DNA of 64,000 nucleotides. It comes from Acinetobacter phage vB_AbaM_ME3. This document shows, piece by piece, positions 46,997 to 55,399 of this stretch; positions within the stretch are counted from its first letter, which is position 1, and each line of letters starts with the position of its first letter. The notes below the pieces were generated by a model that did no database searches, had not been told where the DNA came from, and was given only the letters and a program-made list of their open reading frames with translations. Both the position numbers and the translations under genes were made by a program. The stretch lies in sequence record KU935715.1; one strand, given 5' to 3'.

Positions 46997-48097
46997 TTAG
47001 AGAGCATATGCTGATTGGTTTGTTAAAAAACTTTTATACATTGGTTGAATAAGGAATTTAAGTCCTTGATGAATAATTGTAATTTCACGTGTCATTGGAT
47101 TTTGACTAATTTCACTATTCATGTGAGTAATATATACATCAAATGCTTGATCACCTAATTCTTCATCAGTTGAGTATGGGTTCCATTCATTACGATGTTT
47201 ATTTAAAAACTCTAATAAACATGAAGAATTAGCTACAAAATCAGCAGGATCATATTCAGAATTAGTATTAAGATTAAACGCTCGAATATTAAATTCAATA
47301 GTGTCATTATTCAATTGAGTTTTAATATTAAGAATTTCAGTTAAACTTGCAATTGACTCTTCAGGATACTGATTCATTTCTTTAATTAATACAGATAACA
47401 TATCAATATTAAATTTAGAGAACTTTCCTACAAATTCCAATACTTCACTAGTACGTGATTGATCTTCTAAGTTATCTTTCATGTACTCTTTAAGTAGTTC
47501 AATATCTAATGATTTGAACTCAATATTAAAATAAACACGACCAGGACGATTGCTAAAGTACTCTAAATGGTGACCATATAAAGTTGTATTAGCAGTCATT
47601 AAGAATAAAGTATGTTGAGGCCATGTACCATCTAATAAGCTTAACATAGAATTACGAGGTTCAGCTTCCATGTATACTTTTTCAAATTCATCAATCACTA
47701 CAATTTTATCTTGAGTAATACTTTGAAGGAATTGATTAAATGTAGAACCAGCATAAGGTTGATCAACAATTAAGACAATTCCTTGATGAGATTCTACAAA
47801 GTTAATACAAATACGTTTAAGTAATAAGCTCTTACCACTTCCTTTTTCACCTACAAAGGCAGCAGATGTAGCTTTGTCTTGACGTTCAAAGTATGTATCT
47901 AAGATACGACCAGCCCAACGATCTGATTTTCCATATACTTTATGGTAAATAGTAAAAGGATTTGTAGGGCTTAAGAAGAATTGTTTAACTTGGTCATCCC
48001 ATTGAACAGAATAATAACCAGCTGGAATAACAGGTACAATAAACTTTGCTAGATTTTCAGCAACATAATAACCATTAGGTTTATTTAAATAAGACAT
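46997..48097 (-). CDS. P-loop NTPase (366 aa)
   Basis: Walker A GEKGSGKSLL; Walker B-like VVIDEFEK. Confidence 0.6.
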   Translation of the reverse strand: MSYLNKPNGYYVAENLAKFIVPVIPAGYYSVQWDDQVKQFFLSPTNPFTIYHKVYGKSDRWAGRILDTYFERQDKATSAAFVGEKGSGKSLLLKRICINFVESHQGIVLIVDQPYAGSTFNQFLQSITQDKIVVIDEFEKVYMEAEPRNSMLSLLDGTWPQHTLFLMTANTTLYGHHLEYFSNRPGRVYFNIEFKSLDIELLKEYMKDNLEDQSRTSEVLEFVGKFSKFNIDMLSVLIKEMNQYPEESIASLTEILNIKTQLNNDTIEFNIRAFNLNTNSEYDPADFVANSSCLLEFLNKHRNEWNPYSTDEELGDQAFDVYITHMNSEISQNPMTREITIIHQGLKFLIQPMYKSFLTNQSAYAL

Positions 48098-48597
48098 TAT
48101 AAAAGTCCTTGTCTGATTTCATTTCGAATTTGCATTAATACTTCACCAAGAAGATTACGACCATTCCATTGAGAAGGATCTGTAGCTCTTGGATCATCTT
48201 CTTCTAAACCAACGCCCCAAATCTTATCATTAGGATTACATTCAACTAAGGTTAGTTCTTTAGTTGCTAATAAGTAGTCACGATACTTAGGAATAGTATA
48301 TTTTTGACGATTAATTTCTAGCATATAGTTATAACGAACTTGTTCCCAAGATGCATCATTATAATTAGATACTTTACGACCGAGTTGCTTAGCTTGGATT
48401 GGCTGTAACTGAGTATTTTCTAAAAGCTTCATTGTAGCTTTATCATTAAAATGAAGAGCTTTAGCATACATAAAAGCATTTTCTGTATATAAAAATGTAA
48501 CACCTTTATATTCAAAACCAGCAAAAGCAAAATTACTAAATGGGCCTCTTAAAAAGAGTAAGTAATTATCTTTAATTGTACATTGAGGAATATTCAT
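48097..48597 (-). CDS. NADAR/YbiA (DUF1768) domain protein
   Basis: FLRGPFSNFAFAGFEYKGVTFLYTENAFMYAKA is typical of NADAR/RibX-like N-glycosidase/ADP-ribose-processing enzymes. Confidence 0.65.
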   Translation of the reverse strand: MNIPQCTIKDNYLLFLRGPFSNFAFAGFEYKGVTFLYTENAFMYAKALHFNDKATMKLLENTQLQPIQAKQLGRKVSNYNDASWEQVRYNYMLEINRQKYTIPKYRDYLLATKELTLVECNPNDKIWGVGLEEDDPRATDPSQWNGRNLLGEVLMQIRNEIRQGLL

Positions 48598-48971
48598 TAC
48601 ATTATCCTAGGATTAATAATTTGAAGATATACAGCATTTTTATTAGGACCATTACTAAACTTAAAGTAAGAGTCAGAATTGGGTAAGAGCATTATTAAAT
48701 CATTGTAAACTTGCTTAGTGAAAATAAAAGTAATACCTTCATTTTCAATTAAGATGTTTTCAAAGTTACTGGGATCTTTACTCCCAAAAGCTAGTGCAAA
48801 AAGATCAGAATAACCAATTTGAGGAATAAAAGTAACAACTTCTAATTCAGGAGCTTTCCTATAAACTGAGAAGAAATTTTTCCACATTCGAAGTGTATTC
48901 TGATGAATATTTCCAGGATGTATTCGAATCTCAGGTACATAAAATTTATTTAACTTTGGCATGTTAAGCAT
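48597..48971 (-). CDS. tandem-array family member (divergent), contains KLNKF
   Basis: ORF track; N-terminal PKLNKF motif as in the downstream array. Confidence 0.45.
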   Translation of the reverse strand: MLNMPKLNKFYVPEIRIHPGNIHQNTLRMWKNFFSVYRKAPELEVVTFIPQIGYSDLFALAFGSKDPSNFENILIENEGITFIFTKQVYNDLIMLLPNSDSYFKFSNGPNKNAVYLQIINPRIM

Positions 48972-49242
48972 TAACTGTTAATTCAAATGTAATCACACTT
49001 GGTTCTGATAAAAATATTAAGCCTGTAGCATTTGAAGTTAATATAAAATATGAATCAGCTCTTGATAACTTATTATTTATATTCTCACGCATAGTGGCAC
49101 TGAATCCAAATACTAACCCATTGGACTCAATAAAGAGCATATCTTGAGATGTATAATGTTCTTTATCTCTAGGTAATACTCTTACTATGTATAATCCTTG
49201 TACGAATATGTTCGATATCATATACATAGAGAAAATCAACAT
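48964..49242 (-). CDS. hypothetical protein inside the array region (divergent)
   Basis: ORF track. Confidence 0.4.
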   Translation of the reverse strand: MLIFSMYMISNIFVQGLYIVRVLPRDKEHYTSQDMLFIESNGLVFGFSATMRENINNKLSRADSYFILTSNATGLIFLSEPSVITFELTVNA

Positions 49243-49344
49243 TATCTCTAGAATTTAAAAAAGTTCTATACGAATCTGCTGTTTCCTGAATGATATGTCC
49301 ACCTACAATATTACATGGACTTACATTAAATTTTAAAAGGGGTT

Positions 49345-49686
49345 TCATCTTTCTTTAAACTCAAATCTGGAGTTTTGAGAATTATAATCCAGAACAAAAT
49401 CTAGTCCTCTAAATTTAGAAAATATTGACTGAATTACATAGAATACATTGTTATCAATATAGAAGGACTTCAGATTAGTTTTAAATATAATCTTTAATGA
49501 ATTTTCAGTTGGTATATAAACAGGTGAAACTAATACAGATTGATTTGAAAGCTGAGATATTAAAAATTTAGAAACACCAGCTTCTCTATAAAGGGCTAAA
49601 GCTGCTTTAGCTGAATCAGATATATATAGTGAGTACTGAGATAAGTCAACAAATTGATTAAGTTTATTCATGAGGTTTGCAATCAA
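49345..49686 (-). CDS. tandem-array family member
   Basis: MNKLNQF N-terminus; ~113 aa. Confidence 0.5.
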   Translation of the reverse strand: MIANLMNKLNQFVDLSQYSLYISDSAKAALALYREAGVSKFLISQLSNQSVLVSPVYIPTENSLKIIFKTNLKSFYIDNNVFYVIQSIFSKFRGLDFVLDYNSQNSRFEFKER

Positions 49687-50011
49687 TAATTTTATAAGGT
49701 TCTTTAAAATCTATTAAAGGTAATAATCCATATCTAATGCTTTTAGGTCCAAATACATAATCTGTTTCAAATGATTTACGCATAACTTGACCATCTATAT
49801 AAATAATGCATTGATTGATTTTAAACCATACAGAATCTTTTAAATCATATTTTGAAGGAGGAACTCGATAGAATCCTAAACAATCCTCAGCGTATGTACT
49901 ATCACTAATATAGACACTTTTATAGATATCCTTTATTTTTAATAATCTACTATACATATCTAAACACATTCGTATAGAATGATTTATCTTAAACCGAGAT
50001 AAAGTGTTCAT
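49664..50011 (-). CDS. tandem-array family member
   Basis: LSRFKINHSIRM N-terminus; ~115 aa. Confidence 0.5.
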   Translation of the reverse strand: MNTLSRFKINHSIRMCLDMYSRLLKIKDIYKSVYISDSTYAEDCLGFYRVPPSKYDLKDSVWFKINQCIIYIDGQVMRKSFETDYVFGPKSIRYGLLPLIDFKEPYKIIDCKPHE

Positions 50012-50013
50012 AA

Positions 50014-50355
50014 TTATAAGACCTCAACGTCAATATATGCTGATGATGGGTTATCAATCATACGAAATGAATAACTAGCAAAAGAGTCTCTAAGCATAAC
50101 ATGCCCAGAGATAAAGAAATCAGTTAAGTCCCCACTAATTGAAACAATTTGTTGATTACTCAATCGTATTTTTATCTCATTATATGATTCATATAAGGCA
50201 GGTTTGATTCCACCTAAATGTACCTGATCGATCCCTTTTGAATAACGAGCAATATGTAGATGACCAAATTTTCCTGTATACTTAATAAGCTCCTCTACAC
50301 AACTTGAGTGTACTTTTATAGTAGTTAATTTTTTAAATTTAAGAAGAGTTGCCAT
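50014..50355 (-). CDS. tandem-array family member
   Basis: MATLLKFKKLTTIKV...VSISGDLTDFF. Confidence 0.55.
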   Translation of the reverse strand: MATLLKFKKLTTIKVHSSCVEELIKYTGKFGHLHIARYSKGIDQVHLGGIKPALYESYNEIKIRLSNQQIVSISGDLTDFFISGHVMLRDSFASYSFRMIDNPSSAYIDVEVL

Positions 50356-50702
50356 TAAATCACATCCACTGGTAAATACTCATTATTTATATTAAAAGGA
50401 ACAGCACAATAAGACAACAATGAACTTCCAAGTTGTTTCTCTAAACAAAAACCATTTGATAGTAAATGAGCTATATCACCACTTATATAAATAGGACAAT
50501 TAATACCTATTCTAATTGCAAAAGAGCCTTCATCAATAAACTGTTTTGGTTTTATTGTCTGCAACAGATTTGCTGAAATATGTTCACTAATTTTGCTAAT
50601 ATATAATCTCATTTGGTATTTAGAATAAATTCGTAAATCATTAAAACAATCTTGACTTAATTTTATAGTTGTTGGAAGTTTAAATTTATTCAATTTTTGC
50701 AT
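50355..50702 (-). CDS. tandem-array family member
   Basis: MQKLNKFKLPTTIKL...IYISGDIAHLL. Confidence 0.55.
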   Translation of the reverse strand: MQKLNKFKLPTTIKLSQDCFNDLRIYSKYQMRLYISKISEHISANLLQTIKPKQFIDEGSFAIRIGINCPIYISGDIAHLLSNGFCLEKQLGSSLLSYCAVPFNINNEYLPVDVI

Positions 50703-50718
50703 ATTAATCCTTTATATA

Positions 50719-51042
50719 TTAAGTAATCACTTCATCTAATGTTTTATAAAGGATATTTGATTCTTCTTTTTTACAAAATAATCCTTCTCCAGGAATTCGA
50801 TAAATTACCTTTTGAAGATCATAGTCTTTCTCAACTAAAATAGTAAGATAACCGTCACTATATATATTCATATTATTAATAACAGATTGAGCACAATGAC
50901 GTTTATAATAAACATGAAGTCGTGATCTACGTGTAGTATCTAAAGTTAATACAATAGAATCATTAACTCCTGATAATAATTCATATAGTTCATATTCTAA
51001 TTTTAAACCTTGAAAAGACTTAAACTTTTGTAAACTATTCAT
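50719..51042 (-). CDS. tandem-array family member
   Basis: MNSLQKFKSF... Confidence 0.55.
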   Translation of the reverse strand: MNSLQKFKSFQGLKLEYELYELLSGVNDSIVLTLDTTRRSRLHVYYKRHCAQSVINNMNIYSDGYLTILVEKDYDLQKVIYRIPGEGLFCKKEESNILYKTLDEVIT

Positions 51043-51406
51043 ATACTTCTATAAACTCTTCTTCTCGTATATCTCTAATAATACATCCTCTACCTGGATA
51101 TTCATCATATTTACGAGACATAACTTTGCTATCATTTTGAAGTAATTTAACTATGTCACCTGACATATGTAAGGTACAATTATTTTTAAAAGGAATTTTT
51201 AAAGAATCTTCTTCACAGTAATTCCTGTTGGTTTGAGTATAAAAACTAATAGCTTCTTTAAACTCAGGAACATCTTCTCTAGACATGTATTGTATATAGA
51301 TATTTTTATAAGTTCTTGAATGTTCTAATACACTGTTATAGACATCTTTAGTAAATTTAATAGAAGGTGGTAATTTGAATTTAGATAGTTTCATATTGAT
51401 CCTCAA
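51035..51406 (-). CDS. tandem-array family member
   Basis: KLSKFKLPPSIKF...LHMSGDIVKLL. Confidence 0.55.
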   Translation of the reverse strand: MRINMKLSKFKLPPSIKFTKDVYNSVLEHSRTYKNIYIQYMSREDVPEFKEAISFYTQTNRNYCEEDSLKIPFKNNCTLHMSGDIVKLLQNDSKVMSRKYDEYPGRGCIIRDIREEEFIEVYE

Positions 51407-51740
51407 GATTTATTTCAATTACTTCATCTAAGTCACTTAAGTCATCAATTGAACTAATTATATAATCACCTGTAACTCCTCTAGCCATACATGCATTAGA
51501 GTTCAATTTATCTATAATGCTTCCGCATATAACTAAAGTATTATTTTGAAAAAGTTTAATTATACCTTTTGTATCTAATTGCATTCGTTTCCGAGGTATG
51601 GAATACAAAGAAAATTCATCTCGATCAAACCAGCAAGCATACATAATATTATGAGCTTTAGAATAGTTTATAAAGGTATCATAGAGGTCTTTAGTTATTT
51701 TTATAGATTTTGTATCTATAAATTTTTGTAATTTATTCAT
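51381..51740 (-). CDS. tandem-array family member
   Basis: MNKLQKFIDTKSIKI...VICGSIIDKL. Confidence 0.55.
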   Translation of the reverse strand: MNKLQKFIDTKSIKITKDLYDTFINYSKAHNIMYACWFDRDEFSLYSIPRKRMQLDTKGIIKLFQNNTLVICGSIIDKLNSNACMARGVTGDYIISSIDDLSDLDEVIEINLEDQYETI

Positions 51741-52071
51741 AATATATTTCTATTAATTCATCTTGAGATACTAATTCTTTATCAATTATTTCATACACAT
51801 TTTTAGATATTCTAGATAAACATACAGACTCATTTAATTGTTGAGCAACTGTACCACATATAAATAATAAAAAGTTATTTTCAAATCTTAAACATATATC
51901 ATTTACAGCTTGATAATTTGGAAGAGCTTTACTATACAGCACAATAGTACTACTACCTTGCTGTTGTATAACTAGTACCTTCTGCATAGCAAAATTATGA
52001 GAGAGATCAAGTGCTACTCTATGTGTTATGAATACACTTTTACGAATTTTAAATTTACTCAATTGCATCAT
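51733..52071 (-). CDS. tandem-array family member
   Basis: MMQLSKFKIRKSVFI...FICGTVAQQL...ELIEIYYE. Confidence 0.55.
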   Translation of the reverse strand: MMQLSKFKIRKSVFITHRVALDLSHNFAMQKVLVIQQQGSSTIVLYSKALPNYQAVNDICLRFENNFLLFICGTVAQQLNESVCLSRISKNVYEIIDKELVSQDELIEIYYE

Positions 52072-52375
52072 AACAGTCTATTTCTATAACTTCTTCAAAA
52101 GTACTATTAAGAAAAACATAAACCCCTGGTTCTTTTCTATATAAATATTTTCCTTCTTCTATATCTAAACTATTTAAATAGAAGCGGGTTTGATCTATAT
52201 AGAAAATTACATATCTATCTAAAGAAAATTTTTTTGGACGACGAGTTCCTAAATATAATCCTTCATCATTAGAATAAAAATAAAAATCTCTTGAATTAAA
52301 TTTAGTCAAAAATTGGTAAAAAGAATGTGTAATTAATAGGGTAGTTTTAATTTTAAAAGACTTAAGAAAAGCCAT
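52055..52375 (-). CDS. tandem-array family member
   Basis: MAFLKSFKIKTTLLI...EEVIEID. Confidence 0.55.
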   Translation of the reverse strand: MAFLKSFKIKTTLLITHSFYQFLTKFNSRDFYFYSNDEGLYLGTRRPKKFSLDRYVIFYIDQTRFYLNSLDIEEGKYLYRKEPGVYVFLNSTFEEVIEIDCYDAIE

Positions 52376-52685
52376 AAATTTCTATCTCCATAATTTCTTC
52401 GTCTACATTATGAAGAAATTGATAATCAGCAGCACCTAATCTATGTAAAATTTTTCCTTGAAGAATACTTTCAAAATGTTCGGGATTTAATAACATATTA
52501 GAAGTTCCAATTCTAAATCTAATATAATTTATTCTTGAAACAGGTCGAATCATTTGAAGTCGCATACCACTATCACGATTGTTAACAAAAGTTAAAGGAC
52601 TTAACTCTATATCATTTATAAATTTATATGTTGACTTCGATATACGTATTACAGAAATTGTTTTGAATTTATTAAGCTTCTTCAT
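52362..52685 (-). CDS. tandem-array family member (start trimmed to the internal MKKLNKFKT)
   Basis: Track ORF 52362..52772 carries a 29-aa out-of-family N-terminal extension that overlaps the upstream paralog by 100 nt; the internal Met gives a family-typical ~107 aa. Confidence 0.5.
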   Translation of the reverse strand: MKKLNKFKTISVIRISKSTYKFINDIELSPLTFVNNRDSGMRLQMIRPVSRINYIRFRIGTSNMLLNPEHFESILQGKILHRLGAADYQFLHNVDEEIMEIEIYGFS

Positions 52686-53013
52686 CAATGATTTCAAAAC
52701 TCCTAAAAGGTATATCAGTTTTAATAAACTTAGATACAATTCCATCCTTAACCAAAGCAGTACCTTCTTCAATACTATTTAAATGCCTTCTTGTTATATA
52801 GCATTTAATATTATCAATATAAAAATGTACATAAGGTCCTAAATCATAATGCCTTGCTAGATACATAACCCAACGATCAGCATCCATATGATAATATGTA
52901 AGGACAATCTCAGTTTCTTCATATCCTTCAAGATGATGTTTTAGTTCAGTAATCAAACTATCTGTTATGTTAATAACTTTAGAAAAAGTTTTAAACTTAT
53001 TAAATTTTTTCAT
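52672..53013 (-). CDS. tandem-array family member
   Basis: MKKFNKFKTFSKVINI... Confidence 0.55.
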   Translation of the reverse strand: MKKFNKFKTFSKVINITDSLITELKHHLEGYEETEIVLTYYHMDADRWVMYLARHYDLGPYVHFYIDNIKCYITRRHLNSIEEGTALVKDGIVSKFIKTDIPFRSFEIIDEEA

Positions 53014-53575
53014 CTTCTATATCCTGATGATATTTTTCGATAATGTCATCTAAAGAAAATACTTTGTGTTCTACGTCAAGACCAACATCATATTGGAACT
53101 TCTTACGATCTTTATAAGTACCGTGACAATGACCAAATAAATTAATTGATCCTCGATGAGACTGATCCCAAGAACCTAATGGATAATGACTCATAGTAAT
53201 ACGAGTAGTTAAAGAATCTGAAATTTTAACATCTCTTAAACAGAAGTAATGATTTATATATTTATGAGGATTTAGTTTATAGACTTGTTGAAAAGCTTGC
53301 ATAATCATATTAGCAAATTTTTCATCATGATTACCTAAAGCGATATAAACCAAAACACCCTTATCTTTAAAATATGTAAAGAACTTAATAAACTCTTGCA
53401 ACTTAATCCTAAAATTACAAGAGATATCTCCTAATAAGTAGAGAATATCTCCTGATTTTAAATGATCAAATTTAGACATGATCCATTGATTATGCTCTTC
53501 TTCAGTACATGGACGATTACAATATTTAATGATATTTTTGTGCGACAGGTGCAAATCCGATGAGAAATGGATCAT
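53000..53575 (-). CDS. calcineurin-like metallophosphoesterase (Ser/Thr phosphatase-like)
   Basis: SSDLHLSH, LYLLGDISCNF, IALGNHDE. Confidence 0.7.
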   Translation of the reverse strand: MIHFSSDLHLSHKNIIKYCNRPCTEEEHNQWIMSKFDHLKSGDILYLLGDISCNFRIKLQEFIKFFTYFKDKGVLVYIALGNHDEKFANMIMQAFQQVYKLNPHKYINHYFCLRDVKISDSLTTRITMSHYPLGSWDQSHRGSINLFGHCHGTYKDRKKFQYDVGLDVEHKVFSLDDIIEKYHQDIEDEKI

Positions 53576-53584
53576 TTTTTTAAA

Positions 53585-53899
53585 TCACTCTTCTTCAATT
53601 TCTAAATCTAGGGATGGAGTATCTCCACGAGAATCACTTCCAAATAATGATTCAATAGTTTTAGCTTCTTCGTCTGTTAATTCTTTAATTTTGAGAGTAC
53701 TGAATACATCATCATAATTACGATAATAGATTTCTTCATTAGTACCAACCCAATGAATAAGGGGCTCACCACCATTTTTAAAATATTTTTCAATATCTTT
53801 TAAATAATTGTCAAGCCAATCTTTATCACAAATAGTCCATCCGTAGATGTCCATTTCATCAGCCCAGTTATCATTAACTTGTACTAACACTTGGGTCAT
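53585..53899 (-). CDS. acidic hypothetical protein
   Basis: ORF track. Confidence 0.5.
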   Translation of the reverse strand: MTQVLVQVNDNWADEMDIYGWTICDKDWLDNYLKDIEKYFKNGGEPLIHWVGTNEEIYYRNYDDVFSTLKIKELTDEEAKTIESLFGSDSRGDTPSLDLEIEEE

Positions 53900-53902
53900 T
53901 TA

Positions 53903-54223
53903 TTACACTCCTAAACGTTCTTTAAGAACAGCTAAAGGAGCCATACCACGAACAGTATTAGTAACTACACCATTTTCATAAACTAACATAGTAGGTACGG
54001 TAGTAATATTTAATTCTTTAGCTAAATTTTGTAAATCGTCTGTTTCAGGAGTCAAAGAAAAGAAAGACACACCTTCTGTTTCTTGTGAAAGTTTATTAAA
54101 TAAAGGAGCTAAAGCTTTACATGGAGCACAAGTACTTGTACTAATTTTAACAATACTTTTTTGTGTATTTGTAAGCACATCAGATTTATATTGTTCTGAT
54201 GATTGAATTTCAATAATTGACAT
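53903..54223 (-). CDS. thioredoxin
   Basis: CxxC active site STCAPCK in a ~106-aa thioredoxin-sized protein. Confidence 0.7.
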   Translation of the reverse strand: MSIIEIQSSEQYKSDVLTNTQKSIVKISTSTCAPCKALAPLFNKLSQETEGVSFFSLTPETDDLQNLAKELNITTVPTMLVYENGVVTNTVRGMAPLAVLKERLGV

Positions 54224-54232
54224 ATATTCTTC

Positions 54233-54646
54233 TTATTTTTTATTAACTAATTGTGAAATTGTTTTAGCATCGTATTGAGATACATGGTAATTAGCTTTAA
54301 ACCAGTTCATAACAAATGCAGTTTTATTACCTTTATCTTCAGACCAATTTCCACACACTCTTTCAACAATTTCAATTGTTTTTTCAGGAGATAATGGTTG
54401 AGGTAATAAACTATTTAAAATTTCTAATTCTTCACGTGCAACTTCATTTAAAGGAGAGACACTTAATACTTGTAAAGCTGAATCACGAAACTTTTTTAAA
54501 GTATCTAAAGTAATAGTATTTCTATCTGCTTTTACTTTCTTTTCGGCTTGTTGAACTTCACCTAAAATAGTTGTAAACAGATTTGTATGAACTTTATTCT
54601 TATTTTTACGAGCTTCTAATGATTTTTCAGTAATTGTTTGAAACAT
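54233..54646 (-). CDS. GatB/YqeY-domain protein
   Basis: EELEILNSLLPQPLSPEKTIEIV and the C-terminal FVMNWFKANY...AKTISQLV match the YqeY pattern. Confidence 0.6.
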   Translation of the reverse strand: MFQTITEKSLEARKNKNKVHTNLFTTILGEVQQAEKKVKADRNTITLDTLKKFRDSALQVLSVSPLNEVAREELEILNSLLPQPLSPEKTIEIVERVCGNWSEDKGNKTAFVMNWFKANYHVSQYDAKTISQLVNKK

Positions 54647-54696
54647 TTTATATCCAATAAAAAAGCCTCTACTATAATTTAGTAGAGGCTTTTATT

Positions 54697-55320
54697 TTAA
54701 GTTAAAGGAAGTATAACTGATCTTACAACATCATCTGATCCACGTACAGAGATCTTTAAATTGAAATCATCTATAACACTTAAAGATATATTAGAAGGTA
54801 ATCTAGCAGAATCTACTTTAGTACTCAAACCACTTGTTATTGTGGAATTTAAAGTAGATTCAAGAGTAGATACCTTAGAATCAACATATGGCTTAATAGA
54901 ATGAGGATCTTCTGAAGTTGTATGTTCTTCAATCTTTCTATCTAGTTCCATATCAACATAGTCGACATTATTATTAGAGATTTTGTTTAACATCTCATTT
55001 TGAATATCAACCATATTAACAGTAATAGAGTGGGGATCTAACATAGTAATAGGTAATTGACTAAGAGAGATCATCCCATTAACTAAATCTGCTTTAGTGT
55101 TATTAAGATTTTGAATAGCAGGATTGAATGTATCTCTCACTGCTTGTTCTCTCAAATCTATATACTGTTTTTGACTAATAGATAATGGTTTATCTATATC
55201 ACTAGTATTATCTACTTTATCGAGATCTAAAATTTGAGGAACATCAAGTAGTACCCAATTCTTTAATTTCTGAGTAGTTAGATGATATTTACCACGTCCG
55301 AGCAATAGGTATTTGTTCAA
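54697..55320 (-). CDS. hypothetical Ser/Thr/Asn-rich protein
   Basis: ORF track. Confidence 0.5.
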   Translation of the reverse strand: MNKYLLLGRGKYHLTTQKLKNWVLLDVPQILDLDKVDNTSDIDKPLSISQKQYIDLREQAVRDTFNPAIQNLNNTKADLVNGMISLSQLPITMLDPHSITVNMVDIQNEMLNKISNNNVDYVDMELDRKIEEHTTSEDPHSIKPYVDSKVSTLESTLNSTITSGLSTKVDSARLPSNISLSVIDDFNLKISVRGSDDVVRSVILPLT

Positions 55321-55399
55321 TACCTACTAACTCATGAGGAAATTCTGGTACTTGACTTATTGTTTGCCCAAGATAAGCATCAGCCATTATAATTCTTCC

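Noticed and set aside
52686-52772. N-terminal 29-aa extension of track ORF 52362..52772
   Set aside because: The extension (MKKVLLWLRMELYLSLLKLIYLLGVLKSL) is not shared by any of the 12 paralogs and would overlap the upstream paralog by 100 nt. The internal MKKLNKFKT start restores the family pattern.
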